Origin: Malacoraja senta
Lineage: Eukaryota
Assembly: GCA_038087875.1 (NCBI GenBank)
Contig: CM075992.1
Location: forward strand, 1,614,001 to 1,678,000
Length of the DNA stretch: 64,000 nt
Reading direction: 5' to 3'
Position numbers and translations under genes: made by a program
Shown here: piece after piece, positions 25,247 through 38,555 of the stretch
How positions within the stretch are numbered: position 1 is the first letter of the stretch
Layout: each line of letters begins with the position of its first letter
The notes under the pieces: model-generated
What the model was told of the DNA's origin: nothing
The model's database searches: none
The model's input: only the letters and a program-made list of their open reading frames with translations

Positions 25247-27311
25247 CACTGAGAGAAGCTCAGGTTTCAGTGTATCTTCCCAAAGGACGTTTCTTTAGGA
25301 AGGCGAGGAGCAATTTCTTTACTCAGAGGGTGGTGAATCTGTGGAAATCGCTGCCACAGAACGTTGCGGAGGTACGTCAATGGATATCACTGCATCCCAG
25401 TCCTCCATAGCTAATGACTAACATTCCTTTAGTGTGTAAATTATTTTCTGTTCCTGTTCAGTAGTTTTTAATGTTTTCTATACATCGACTCCCTAAATCT
25501 TTAATTGTTCCTGGCTTCCACTATTGAAAAAAATATTCTGATCCATCTCAGATCTGGACCCCGTGGGCTACACATGTCCCCACTCTGAACTCTATCTGCC
25601 ACAGCTTTGCCCACTCTGAACAACATTCTCTGCAACATCCAGTGTTGGAACACTAACCTAGTGTTGACCTCTCTTCCTGGAGCCATGGTCATAAATCCTT
25701 GTCGGTACCGCATGAGTCCCATAACATTGTCCAAACTCATTTACTCTAACCCCATCGAATTCCACACACTTACATTTTCTGACAGTTTCTTGTGTAAAAC
25801 CTTGTTTAACACCTTGTATAAATAAAGTAGCATTAACAGGCATTCACATACCTACTATGCTGGTTAGCTGCTTGGAAATTCAATGGACATGATGTCCAAA
25901 TTATGAGTCCTTGTTGGCTCTCGGATGAAATTATAATATATCAGCAGGAGATAGTTACGAGCAACAATAAACGCTCTTTTCAACATGTGATAGTGATCCA
26001 GTAAATCCCCTACATTTTGCCAACTAAGCTGAAATTGAAAAAAAAAAACCTGTGCTAGAACAGTTAATAAAGCAATGCTGGTCACAATCAGTGTGGTGCA
26101 TTGCTCGTGATGGCAACTGCATGTGAGTTGGTGGATTGGGGAACAACATCTCTTGACCATCATTCACCGCTGGAAGGCCAAGGAATTGAGTCAGTCTCCG
26201 TTACAATGAGGAAGGCAAATTCCTCATGAACCTTGGACGGCCCTTGAAAGTGAAAGGCCTGGACGGAGTGGATGTGGGGAGGATGTTTCTACTCGTGGGA
26301 GAGTCTAGGACGAGAGGACAAAAAGGGCGTTCCTTTAGGAAGGAGATGAGGAAGAATTTCTTTAGTCTGTGAGTGGTGAATCTGTGGAGTTCATTGCCAC
26401 AGAATGCTGTGGAGGCCAAGGTAATGGATTATATTTAAGGCATAGACAGATAGATTCTTGATTGGTACGGGTGTCAGGGGTTATGGGGAGAAGGTAGGAG
26501 ATTGAGAATGAGAGGGGAAGGTAGATCAGCCATGGTTGAATGGCGGAGTCGACTTGCTGCGGTCACTGGCCTAATTCTGCTCTTATCACTTATTAATTTA
26601 TGAACTTATGAAACAGGAATCATAAAGCTCTGGAGTGTGAGAGGGTGAGGGGTTGCATTTGGAGGCTGCATAGTCTCTATAGTAGCTGGGGAATAGTTTG
26701 TGTATGGGAATACATCGGAAAGGCCAATTGATCTACAAGGGGGGGGAAGGGGGGGGGACACGGGGTTATTGCCTTAAAGTATGATACAAATAATTCAAAT
26801 AAAATCTGACTCCAGGTTGCGTTCTGGAGCACAGCTCGACTAACAGTCTAGGACGGGTGGATAAGGCATTGTGCAGTGCAGCATTGTCGGGGCTGCAGAT
26901 GTGTGGGACCACTGCGCGGGACTGCACTGGAGCGGGCCTCTGTAGTGCGTGAGCAGGCTTGGCGATGGAGCGCAGGGCGGAGAGAGCTGGCCCCGGGGCG
27001 CCAGCCTTGGGATGGCAAGAGGGGGCAGTGTCGATGCCACTGGTCCCCTTTGTACCAAGGCACCTCCCACTCACAAGGCTCAGTTACAGGCAAGGCGGAG
27101 AACTGAGATGCACTTCTTGGAGATTGTAGAAATAAAAATCAGTGTCGTCTCTAGTCTCCTCCGAGTCCATATTTGGGAATACCAACATATATAGATTTGC
27201 TGGATTTACGTTAATAATTGAGACTTTGAAGTAATTTTTTTTAAACAGTGTTGATTTGCCACTGATCAATTGAATGATTAATGTAGATGCAGGTCAATCT
27301 TGTCCACGTGC

Positions 27312-27621
27312 TTAGAAATTCTTGCTGGGTTCGGTTTTCCGATGCATGTGAGATCTGAAGAGAATTTTCCAGCAGCCTCTAGCGATTTTGTACATCCAGA
27401 TTGTGTTGAGAATATCCAGGGCCAGGCTGGATATGATCCAAGCACACTGTGGGCCCAGGCCAAGGCGGTGGAAGGCAGCCGTGCCAAAGCTGGACGCCAC
27501 TTGCCGATAGTAGGATGGGATCACAGCGATCCTCACCAGAAAGAAGCTGATGGACATGGCCGTGCCATTCAGTACCACCAGCCGGGCACTGCGGGGGACC
27601 CCCAGCACCTCGAAAAACCAT
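27312..27621 (-). CDS. TLCD4: TLCD4-like coding exon 6, last (WFFEVLGVPRSARLVVLNG...LDILNTIWMYKIARGCWKILF...KNF*)
   Basis: cccctgcag acceptor and TAA at 27314-27312. The six exons sum to 771 nt (256 aa plus stop) with consistent phases. Confidence 0.92.
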
Positions 27622-29660
27622 CTGCAGGGGCACACACACGCACAGGACCATCATTTACACACTGCTCCCACACAGGGCCTTCATCTGCACACTCCACCCA
27701 CCACCAGCTTAGTTTAGGAAGGAACTCCAGATGCTGGTTTACACCGAACATAGACACAAAATGCTGGAGTAACTCAGCAGCTCAAGGCAGCATCTCTGAT
27801 GGAAAATAAAAGGCGACGTTTCAGGTCGAGACCCTTCAGTCTGAAGTAGGGTCTCGACCCGAAGCGTCATCTATTCCTTCTCTCCAGAGATGCTGCCTGT
27901 CGCGCTGAATTACTCCAGCTTTTTGTGTGTATCTTCGGTTTAAACCAGCATCTGCAGTTCCTTCCTATACATTTCACCAGCTTCGATTAATAATAATAAT
28001 AATAATAATATAATAATATCTTTTATTGTCATTGCACATAGGTGCAACGAGATTTGGAATGCAGCTTCCATCCCATGTCATAAACTAATCAAATTTAGAT
28101 TTACATACCCTGAGAAACATGATTTATAAAAAGAAAAGAACAGTAAAACAGTCTGTGCCGGGTCGATGTGCGTTTAGTTCAGAGATACAACGCGGAAACA
28201 GGCCCTTCAGCCCACGCCAAACAGCAATCACTGTACACTAGCACTATCCTACACACACTGGGGACAATTTATAATCTTACCAAGTCAATTAATCTACTAA
28301 CCTGCACGTCATTGGAGTGTGGGAGGAAACCAGAGCACCCGGGGAAAACCCACACAGGTCACGGGGAGAAGGTACAGGCAGCACCCGTAGTCGGGATGGA
28401 ATCTGGGTGAGGCAGCAACTCTACCGCTGCGCCACCGTGCCGGCCAGCTGTAGTGCCGGATCCTGCAACGCCGTCCTTACAGCGGCCCATCACTTCCACG
28501 ACAATTAAGAACAAGTGTCTGCATCCCGCCTGCCACCAGGGACAAACCCGAGTGGATTGAAATCCTCAACGACAATGGTCGAAGATGTGGTACCTCTGCT
28601 GCTCACCCTTTGACTTGATTGCTGCCTTTGCCGTGGTCGGGTGCAGGATCTGATGCTTTCAGGTACGTGGACAGGACAGATTTAGAGGGGTACGGGCCAA
28701 ACTCAGGCAGGTGGGACAGATGTAGATGGGGCATGTTGGTCGGCGTGGGCAAGTTGGGCTGAAGGGCCACGCTATATGGACCCATAGTTATCCAACTGGT
28801 AGAACATCCCCAGCAGGCTCTGCTCTGACCCACCCATGGATAATTACCAGATAGAAAATGCCACCATGGTTTTTCCTCACATCCCCAGATACAATACACA
28901 TCCCCCACCACCGCCAGCCCCATTGACTTTGGCTAAAGGAGCTGCATAAAGGCATGTTTTTGGTGAGTGTATGTGTGAGCTATGAGCCCACAGAGGTGGG
29001 GATTCACATTCTATGTGAACTGGAAAAATAGATTCATAGAACAGTACAGCACTGGAACAGGCCCTTCAGCCCATCATTTCTGTGCTGCACTTGATGCCAG
29101 ATTAAACTCGCGACAAGGAACTGCAGATGCTGGTTAATACACAACAGGACTCAAATTGCTGGAGCATCTCAGCAGGCCAGGAGGCATCTCTGGAGAACAT
29201 GGGGTCAGGTGATGTTTCGGGTCCTAAACCTGAAGAATGGTCTGAAGAAGGATTTCGACCCGAAACATCACCTGTCCATGTTCTCCAGAGATGCTGCCTG
29301 ACCTGCTGAGTTACTCCAGCAGTTTGTATCCCCAAATGAAACTAATCTCTCCTGCCTGCACGGGAACTTATTCCAACCAACAAAACCCCAAACTATGTAA
29401 ATAAGATGTCCATTATTTTAGGTTTTAATAGCAACTTCCTTGAGAAAAGTGAAGGCTTCCCTGAAACTGGGGCCATGAGCTTCTGTAACCTGGGTCAACA
29501 TGAGATAGGCTCATAAGGTCATAAGTGATAGGAGAAGAATTAGGCCATTCAGCCCATCAAGTCTACTCCGCCATTCAACCATCTCTCCCTCCTAACCGCA
29601 TTCTCCTGCCTTCTCCCCATCTCAGATATAAAAGCAGTCCAAAACTGAAATGAAACTTAC

Positions 29661-29734
29661 CGCTGGTTTACAAAGGGCGTAGAGAGTTCTGCAATCAATC
29701 GGAAATTAGCAAAGTAAGGTAGGAGACCTCGAGC
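29661..29734 (-). CDS. TLCD4: TLCD4-like coding exon 5 (ARGLLPYFANFRLIAELSTPFVNQR)
   Basis: ctccttcacag acceptor, 74 nt, GTAAGT donor. Contains the TLC-domain ELSxPFVN motif. Confidence 0.92.
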
Positions 29735-29854
29735 CTGTGAAGGAGAGAACCAAGGTGATAAAGGTGACCTGGGATAGGGATGGGAACAGAGCATTGGGTT
29801 CATTCCTGCACCCGCCAAGGGCCGATGAGGAAAGCTGCTTGCCCCTCAACTTAC

Positions 29855-29949
29855 CAGCACGTACTGGTAGGCATACAGCGCTGCCAAGTGGTGGCTGATG
29901 AAATACCTGTCTCCTAAAGTCTTCCAGTGCCACAAGAGAAGCACTAAAT
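29855..29949 (-). CDS. TLCD4: TLCD4-like coding exon 4 (DLVLLLWHWKTLGDRYFISHHLAALYAYQYVL)
   Basis: ttattacag acceptor, 95 nt, GTAAGT donor. Contains the TLC-domain HH motif. Confidence 0.92.
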
Positions 29950-31140
29950 CTGTAATAAGAGTGAGAGTGTAAGCCAGGCATAGCCAGCAACCAATGGCAG
30001 CAAGTGTGTGTGAACTGGGCACCAAACTAGAGAGGGCAAGAGCATAAAGCGCGCACAGCCAAACGCCAAGGATGAAGTGGGCAAAGCCGGCAGCCAATAA
30101 GAGCAAGAGTGTGAAAGGCACAAAGCCACCAGCCAATGAGTGAAGATGCAGAAACGGGCAGAGCCGCCAGCCAATGAGAGCAAGGTTATGAAAGCGGGCA
30201 ACCAATTAGAGCAGCGGTGTGGTGGAGCGGGCAAAGCCAGCGGCTAATGGGAGCCGGGTGTCCGTGTGGTCAAAGCCAACGGCCTAGAGCGGGAGGTGAG
30301 AGGGCACCGCCAGGGACCAGAGTGAACCCATCAGGTGCGGAGTGAGTGGATGATAGATAGAGAGGGCAGTGAGCTACGTGCAAAGCCAGCAACGTATCCG
30401 AGCCAGGTTAGTTCAAGACCGTGACAAGGTTAGGCTAAATAGTATTTTTGTTGGAAAGAACTGCAGATGCTGGTGTAAATCAAAGGTAGACACAAAATGC
30501 TATAGTAACTGAGCTGGACAGGCAGCATCTCTGGAGAGAAGGAATGGGCGACGTTTTGGGTCGAGAAAAAAGGTCTTGACCCGAAACGTCACCCATTCCT
30601 TCTCTCCAGAGATGCTGCCTGTCCCGCTGAATCACTCCAGCAGTTTGTGGATACATTAAATAGTCTTTGGACAATCTCTTGGCCAGTAATCAAGTGCAGA
30701 ATAATCAGTCATTTAACATCTACCTGCAATAGTTGAGGCAAGTTTGAAGGGCACACAATGTTTTACACAATCTCATTCATGTTCTTCCCACCTGGGAACG
30801 TTGGATAGCACAGATGGGGGAGTGCCTTGTTTAGCTTTTAACCCATGGTGTCTCGGTTAGACAGGACAGTGCGGATGAAGCTCCATCTCTACCTGATCTC
30901 TCTTTATTGTGGTCTTTATCCCTGGGCACCTGTCTTGTGCTTATTTAAAATAACTTTTTTTAAAGTTATAAAAAAAGTTTAGAAAAACATCAACGTGGTT
31001 TCAATTAAGATGTTAACTAACCCCCACTGTCCAGGATACACGCGTTGCCATAGTACCCATTAGTCCGAATGGTTTCCAATATGTTTGCAGGTTTATTGCA
31101 ATGTTTAAGAAACATTTGGACAAAACGTGGATAGGACATT

Positions 31141-31397
31141 GTGTATAAGTAGATGCTGGAAAATCGAAGGTAGACAAAAATGCTGGAGAAACTCAGCGGG
31201 TGCTGCAGCATCTATGGAGCAAAGGAAATAGGCAACGTTTCGGGCCGAAACCCTTCTTCAAACTGTTGGTGGGGGGGTGGGCGGGGAGAAGAAAGGAAAA
31301 AGGAAGAGGAGGAGCCCGAGGGCTGAAGGAAAGCTGAGAAGTGGAGGCTCCATAGATGCTGCTGCACCCGCTGAGTTTCTCCAGCATTTTTGTCTAC
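31141..31397. mobile_element. Fold-back Penelope-derived element inserted in a CR1 tail
   Basis: Inverted arms, flanked by duplicated cgtggataggacat. Confidence 0.78.
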
Positions 31398-32650
31398 CGT
31401 GGATAGGACATGTTTAGAGGGATATATGGGCCAAACGCAGGCAGGTGGGACTAGCGCAGATGGGACATGTTAGTCGGTGTGGGCAAGTTGGACTAAAGGG
31501 TCTGTTTCCACGCTGTATCACTCTACGGTTCTGTAAAAACTCTAAACCAAGTATAGCGAGCAGGTTGTTGTTGAGAATGTGCATGATGGCAATGTTGACT
31601 AGATCTTCCTTCACACCATCTAATGTCACCCATCACGGACACAGACGTGCATCAAGATCCATATACTCTACACCACTCTAAGTTAGTGGACACTCTGTAC
31701 TCCCTATCCAAGGACACCATGGAACAGACGTAAACTCCAGAGAGGGGTCTGAGTTGGCACGGAGGCTGAAGACTCACTGCCTAGCTCGGCAATGGTTACC
31801 TTTCCGACACATGTCATATCTGTCCTGGGAGGATTTAATCGGACAATTCATTATTCTGCATCTCTTGTACTAGCCCTGGCAGTGTTAGATGGGATAGTTA
31901 GAGTGAGTTGTACTCTTTACTCTTAGAAGATTGAGGGGGGATCTTATAGAAACTTACAAAATTCTTAAGGGGTTGGACAGGCTAGATGCAGGAAGATTGT
32001 TCCCGATGTTGGGGAAGTCCAGAACAAGGGGTCACAGTTTAAGGATAAGGGGGAAGTCTTTTAGGACCGAGATGAGATATTTTTTTTTCACATAGAGAGT
32101 GGTGAATCTGTGGAATTCTCTGCCACAGAAGGTAGTTGAGGCCAGTTCATTGGCTATATTTAAGAGGGAGTTAGATGTGGCCCTTGTGGCTAAAGGGATC
32201 AGGGGGTATGGAGAGAAGGCAGGTACAGGATACTGAGTTGGATGATCAGCCATGATCATATTGAATGGCGGTGCAGGCTCGAAGGGCCGAATGGCCTACT
32301 CCTATTTTCTATGTTTCTATGTTTCTATATCTAACTGCACTGTGTCATCCTTGGCAGTGTTTGATGGGACAGAGCAAGAGGCACTTTTATTCTGTATCTA
32401 ACTTTTTTCTGTCTCTTTCCTGGGTTGTTTGATGGAACGGTGGAGAGAAAATGCACTCTCTGGGCTTGTGCCAACCCTGGAAGTGGGTGAAGGAATGGAA
32501 GAGAGGAAGCTTCACGCTGCATGACCTACCCTGAATGGGAAAAGGGTAAAAGGCCTGGAATGAAAGCTCAGAGAGAGAGAGAGAGAGAGAGATTCAAGTG
32601 TGAAGGTGGTCGATCTAAAAACTTGGTGGGAGTGTGTGTGCAATGCTCAC

Positions 32651-32709
32651 CATTGATCAAGTAGCCTGAGGCGATTGCTATGTTAACCTTCACTAGCCTG
32701 GGGTCCCCC
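32651..32709 (-). CDS. TLCD4: TLCD4-like coding exon 3 (GDPRLVKVNIAIASGYLIN)
   Basis: gttttacag acceptor, 59 nt, GTGAGC donor. VNIAIASGYLI matches human TLCD4 as recalled. Confidence 0.9.
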
Positions 32710-35169
32710 CTGTAAAACACAAGTGCAAAAGCTTCAGTTGTCAAAGGCTCCTGTGCTCATTACCCCCAATTATCAGCAAGAATCACATATTGGCAACTAG
32801 CACAGTTTACAGATAAGATTTCACAGATAAGCTGATCTTCAGGGCACAAAACTCCCGACCGAGGAAATGTTTGAAGATGGAGGAGAGGAGCGGATTCAAG
32901 AGTGTTGTGAGGTGGGCAGCAACAGCTTGAGTAGACTCTGAGTCTCACGGTAACGGGAGCGATTGGGTGCAGTGTGAGGGGACAAGGTTGGAGGAAAGCA
33001 ACAATTGCCCAGGAAAGCACATTTGGATAGACTTGATCAAACACGCGGAGAAACAAAACAGGAAGCAATGAAGATGAACAAGTTAAATGAAACAATCTGA
33101 AATCCTGCCTGAGAGATCAGAACTTCTTCAAGATAGGCTTTCCTGGAAAAGAAGTGGCAATTAATTAAATAATCAGGGAAAATGCCTGCTCTTTGAATCT
33201 CTAGCACAGATTTCAAGGAACATCTCACCTGTAGAACGTCTATGGACCGTGTGGCTAGTTGCTGTAATAATCATTAGAGTGCGAGAACATCATTGAAGAA
33301 CGGAGACGAGGAAACACTTTTTCTCACAGAGAGTGGTGAGTTTGTGGAATTCTCTGCCTCAGAGGGCGGTGGAGGCCGGTTCTCTGGATGCTTTCAAGAG
33401 AGAGCTAGATAAGGCTCTTAAAAATAGCGGAGTCAGGGGATATGGGGAGAAGGCAGGAACGGGGTACTGATTGGGGATGATCAACCATGATCACATTGAA
33501 TGTGATGGCTCGAAGGGCCAAATGACCTACTCCTGCACCGATTGTCTATTGTCTATAAGCATACAGAATAATGAAAGGCTTGGATAGAGTGGACGTGGAG
33601 AGGATGTTTCCACTAGTGGGAGAGTCTAGGACCAGAGGTCACAGCCTCAGAATTAAAGGATGTTCTTTTAGGAAGGGGATGTGGACAAATTTCTGTGGTC
33701 AGAGGGTGGTGAATCTGTGGATTAATTGCCACAGAAGGCCAAGTCAATGGATATTTTTAAGGCACAGATAGAGAGATTCTTGATTAGTACGGGTGTCAGA
33801 GCTTATGGGGAGAAGACAGGAGAATGGGGTTAGGAGGGAGGGATAGGTCAGCCATGATTGAATGGCGGAGTGGACTTGTTGGGCCGAATGGCCTATCATT
33901 TATGACCCTATGATCGAGGGATAATCCATAATCACAAGACTAACATTCTTGGCAGAGAACTGGGATGCCACGCGATCCAAGGCGGATTAAGTGGAAATCT
34001 GCAGACTAGGAACCATGCCCAATTCTTGCCAATGGGCTCAGAATCCAGGACATGTTCATCCATGTGGGCGGCACAGTGGCGCAGCGCCAGAGACCCGGGT
34101 TCTATTCTGACTACGGGTTTTCTCCGGGTGCTCCGGTTTCCTCCCACAATCTTAAGACGTACAGGTTTGTAGGTTAATTGGCTTCTGTAAATTGCCCCTA
34201 GCGTGTAGGATAGAACTAGTGTACGGGTGATTGCTTGTTGGCGCAGACTCGATGGGCCGAAGGGCCTGTTTTCATGCTGTATCTCTAAACTAAAGTTAAA
34301 CATCGGGATCCCGAGTTACTGAGATTACAAGGGTGAGCTCTGAACCAGAGGTCAGTGGAGGGGCAGAGGGAGATGCAAGACATGTCAGACCTCAGTAGCT
34401 TATAGTGAGATGAAAGGCTTGGATAGAGTGGATGTCGAGAGGATGTTTCCACTAGTGGGAGAGACTAGGACCAGAGGTCACAGCCTCAGAATTAAAAGAC
34501 ATTCCCTTAGGAAGGAGATCAGGAGGAATTATTTAGTCAGAGGGTGGTGAATCAGTTGAACTCATTGCCACAGAAGGCTGTGGAGGCCAAGACAATGGAT
34601 ATTTTTAAGGCAGAAACAGATAGATTATTGATTAGTACGGGTGTCATGTATTATGGGGAGAAGGCAGGAGAATGGGGTTAAGATGGAAAGATAGATCAGC
34701 CATGATTGAATGGTGGAGTAGACTTGAAGGGCCAAATGGCCCAATCTATTCCTAGAATTTATGAACTGGCAATAAGATCTTAACATGCAGTGGAGCAGGA
34801 GGGAAATGTGTGATTGAAAGGGAAAATCACAGGCGAAATAGTGGAAAGAAAACTGAATGTGGTAATATAGATGGAGACAATAAGTGGGCCAACAGCCAGC
34901 AGCATCACCAAGCCAAATGTGAGCTGGGGCTCCATTATATTGTCTCCAGACCACTATCTTAAGCTAGGGGACACTGCTGTTCTATACCCACCACCCCAGC
35001 CCTACTTAGGGTTGGTGGACATTGCTACTATCTGAGCTGCTGCTTGTGCCACCTTGGCACCAGCTACTAATCTTGGTGTCTGCCGGGAGTCCTGATTCAC
35101 TGGGGGCCCACTCTTTGTATCCGGCAGGTTTCACTTCAAGGTCCAAGCTGTGACATTTCAGGCTCTTAC

Positions 35170-35259
35170 CAGATGCGGTCTCTGTTTACATCATCGTCGA
35201 ACCAAAGGATGTACAACGCTAGACCTCCAACGATGAGAGCATGGACGGTGGAAACACAC
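35170..35259 (-). CDS. TLCD4: TLCD4-like coding exon 2 (CVSTVHALIVGGLALYILWFDDDVNRDRIW)
   Basis: tttctcttcag acceptor, 90 nt, GTAAGA donor, phases 2/2 consistent with neighbours. Resembles [22 protein letters not shown]...DPLW. Confidence 0.9.
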
Positions 35260-35360
35260 CTGAAGAGAAACAGCTAAGAATGAGGCCAGGCAACAGTAAC
35301 TGTCTGCGTTAGATCTGACTCAGTCCTGGGTTAGACTGGACAAGTGCTTATGCTGAGGAC

Positions 35361-35995
35361 TCAATTCAATTCAATTCAATTCAATTCAATTCAATTCCTT
35401 TATTGTCATCTTGCAAGCAACAGTTGTCCAGTGCAAAACGAAAAGACGTTTCCCAGGGAATACCGGATCATCGCACATGACGTTTAAAACATTTCACACA
35501 TAATAATAACAACACTAAAACAATCCAGTCCCTGATGGAACAGTATAAGTTAAAATAGATACAAACAACGTTAAAATACAGTGAGACCAATCATAAACAT
35601 GTCCGGGGTGGCTGATTTGAGTGGCCAGTGCCAGTTATTGAAGTGGCCAGCGCCAGTTATTATAGTGTCCGTGCCAAGCCACAGAATCAGGTGACTGTGA
35701 GTACAGAGTGGCTGTTTAGCAGCCTCACAGCATATGGCAGGAAGCAGTTTAGCAGTCTTGTAGTCCGGGCTTTGATGCTGCGATATCTCTTGCCTGATGG
35801 CAGGAGATCCAGGTGTATGTGGAGGGGGTGCAGTTTGTCCTTAGCAATTCTCTGAGCTTTTTTCCGACAGCGGCTCAGGAACAGTTCTTATACCGAGGGT
35901 AGGGAGACGCCAATGATCTTCTCTGCTCCCCTCACTACCCTCTGCAGAGCCTTCCTGTCCGAGCAGTTGCAGGTGGAGTACCACGTATTGAAACA
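35361..35995 (-). mobile_element. Rex1/Babar-type LINE 3' fragment with (TTGAA)n tail
   Basis: WYSTCNCSDRKALQRVVRGAEKIIG...HPLH...LLPSGKRYRSIKARTTRLLNCFLPYAVRLLN. Confidence 0.8.
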
Positions 35996-36030
35996 GTACG
36001 TATTTAAACTCACTTCAGGTGAGTTTCTTA

Positions 36031-36353
36031 AGGGCCTGTCCCACTTACAGGACTTTTTCGGCGACTGCCGGCATCCGGCATAGGTCGAAAATTTTCAACG
36101 TGTTCAAATTCCAGTGGCGACCAGAAAGACGCTACGACCCTTTGGGCGACTGAGGAGACGACTCACGACCGTACAGGCGACATGTCGCAGGGGTGAATGA
36201 AGTCTGTACGGTCGTGAGTAGTCGCCCAAAGAGTCGTACCTTGTTCTGGTCACCGCTGGATTTTCAACATGTTGAACATTTTCAGCGACCTGCTGCGACT
36301 ATGACGGGTGCCGGCAGTCGCTGAAAAAAAATCACATAAGTGGGACAGGCCCT
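36031..36353. mobile_element. PIF/Harbinger-type MITE
   Basis: TIR AGGGCCTGTCCCACTTA/TAAGTGGGACAGGCCCT with a TTA TSD (36028-36030 and 36354-36356). Confidence 0.87.
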
Positions 36354-36600
36354 TTAGTGAGGCAGCAATATTTCTGTAACTAAGACTAACATGAACCACT
36401 GCATTTGGATGGAACTACTCAACTGCATCGACCAGTATCTAACAACACACACAAAGTGCTGGAGGAACTCAGAGGGTCAGGCAGCATCTGTCGAGGGAAG
36501 GGACAGATGATTTTTCGGTTCACGACACATCGTCAGATTGATAGAGTACCACTGAGTTCCTTCAGCATTTTTACTCAAGATTGGTATATCTATTCTCATA

Positions 36601-36912
36601 GGGGTGGCACGGTGACGCAGCGGTAGAGTTGCTGCCTTACAGCGCCAGAGACCCGGGTTCGATCTTGACTACGGGTGCTGTCTGTACGGAGTTTGTACCT
36701 TCTCCCCGTGGCCCGTGTGGGTTTTCTGCGGGTGCTCCGGTTTCCTCCCACACTCCAAATACGCACAGGCTTGTAGGTTAATTGGCTTGGTTTCAATGTA
36801 AATTGTTCCCGGGGTGTGTAGGATAGTGGTCGTGTGCGGGGGGGGGGGGGGGAACGCTGGTCGGCGCAGACTCGGTGGGCCGAAGGGCCTGTTTCCGCAC
36901 TGTATCTCGAAA
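36601..36912 (+). mobile_element. tRNA-derived V-SINE (HE1-like); other copies near 3310, 9960(-), 11485, 17745(-), 18935(-), 23975(-), 28175(-), 34066, 43195(-), 43665(-)
   Basis: ggtgacgcagcggtagag (A box), gggttcgatct (B box), V-domain, and tail gggccgaagggcctgtttccgcactgtatctc. Confidence 0.85.
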
Positions 36913-37702
36913 CAAAAAATATCACTCGGGTCAGTGGGCGATATTCCAGGTTACCGAGGGAAGAGTGGAAATTGTGAAGATTCTAGCCACAATGTCCCAG
37001 CCCTCTTTGGTTATACGGGGTAGTTTCAGAGACGGACATCCTAGCATGGTTAATAATTGACACCAAGCAAGGTTAGAACTGAAGGAACATTTACATCTGA
37101 CAATCACTCCAAAGACATACAGGTTTGTTGGTTAATTGGCTTGGTATGAGTGTAAATCATCCCTAGTGTGTGTAGGATAGTGTTAGTGTGCGGGGATCGC
37201 TGGTCGGCGTGGACTCGGTGGGCTGTAGGGCCTGTTTCCACGCTGGATTTCTCAACGAAACTAAACTAAAATTCCATGCAAACGATGACATCTCAAGTGC
37301 ATTTACATTTGCAGAATGTGGGTTTGACCCGGAGGCTGGTAATAACAATTGCTGCCTCCGATTACTGCTGCAACTAAAAAAATACAGACCAAGCAGTCAG
37401 CCAGCGCAGGTGGACGGCTGATAATCTACCTGGACCTTTGCACTACCTAGCCGAGAGCACTGATCAAGTGCCAGTCGGCGATAATCTACCTGGACCTTTA
37501 CACTGAAGATAGGCACAAAATGCTGGAGTAACTCAGTGGGACAGGCAGCATCTCTGGAGATAAGAGATGGGTGACGTTTCGGGTCAAGCCCAGACTGAAG
37601 AAGGGTCTCGACCCGAAACGTCACCCATTCCCATCTCTCCAGAGATGCTGCCCGTCCCACTGAGTTACTCCAGCTTCCTTGTGTCGAGCAGAGATCAAGT
37701 AC

Positions 37703-37845
37703 CTGGAGTGCCATTCGGTTTTCTGCGCCCCAGACAGGTTGCTGTATCCCCAGCTGAGCCGTGCGGAGAGGCGCGGGGTGACCACGTGAAAGAGGACCTG
37801 GAAGACAAGGAAGCTGCCGATGACCACCTGGTACGAGCCGTCCAT
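37703..37845 (-). CDS. TLCD4: TLCD4/TMEM56-like TLC-domain protein, coding exon 1 (MDGSYQVVIGSFLVFQVLFHVVTPRLSARLSWGYSNLSGAQKTEWHSR)
   Basis: ATG at 37845 and GTACTT donor (phase 2). Similar to human TLCD4 SFFTFQLLF...KKIEWNSR. A pyrimidine-rich acceptor (ctctcctcag) just upstream implies a non-coding first exon. Paralog identity is not resolved. Confidence 0.85.
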
Positions 37846-38555
37846 TCCTGCAGGACCCCTGAGGAGAGAGCACAAAACAATGAACAACGCGTCCAGCACG
37901 CAACAGTCTACTCACATCCCAGGGTCAAGACCGACTCCCTCCCGATGTTGTAGATCCGTGTGTGCGCCAACACCTGTCTCTGGACAGGAAGGACAAGCAC
38001 ATTTGTAGTACTTCAAGTAACCCTTGCTTTCCCTCTCTCTCTCTCTCTCCACCCTTCCACCTTCTCCGACCAGTCTTACTTCTCCGACTACATTCTATAT
38101 ATAAAAACTATATTAAGATTGGTGTGTTGTTACCTTCTCCCAGCTAATAATGATCTATTTTATATTTTCATTGATCTCAATTCCCTTTGCCCTGTTTTCA
38201 CACTTCCTTATCTATCTATCTCCCTCCCCCCCCCCGACGTCAGTCTGAAGAAGGGTCTCGACCCGAAACGTCGCCCATTCCTTCTCTCCAGAGATGCTGC
38301 CTGTCCCGCTGAGTTACTCCGGCATTTTGTGTCTATCTTTGGTTTAAACCAGCATCTGCAGTTCCTTCCTACACATTTGTAGCACTGCTCACTTGAAGGG
38401 CGGCAAGTCGAATGCGGCCTGATCACTGCACTAAATAGAAGTGCCTTGTTCCCACAGCTATAGAGTTAATCCTCTCCGATTTCTGCTTGAAAACTGAAGC
38501 ACGGGCCATTTCCAGCTTGCTCCTGGATTAACAGCTGACCAGAGTACAAATGTTG

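Noticed and set aside
27300..27809. 169-aa plus-strand ORF
   Set aside because: Antisense shadow of the TLCD4-like last exon running into a repeat.
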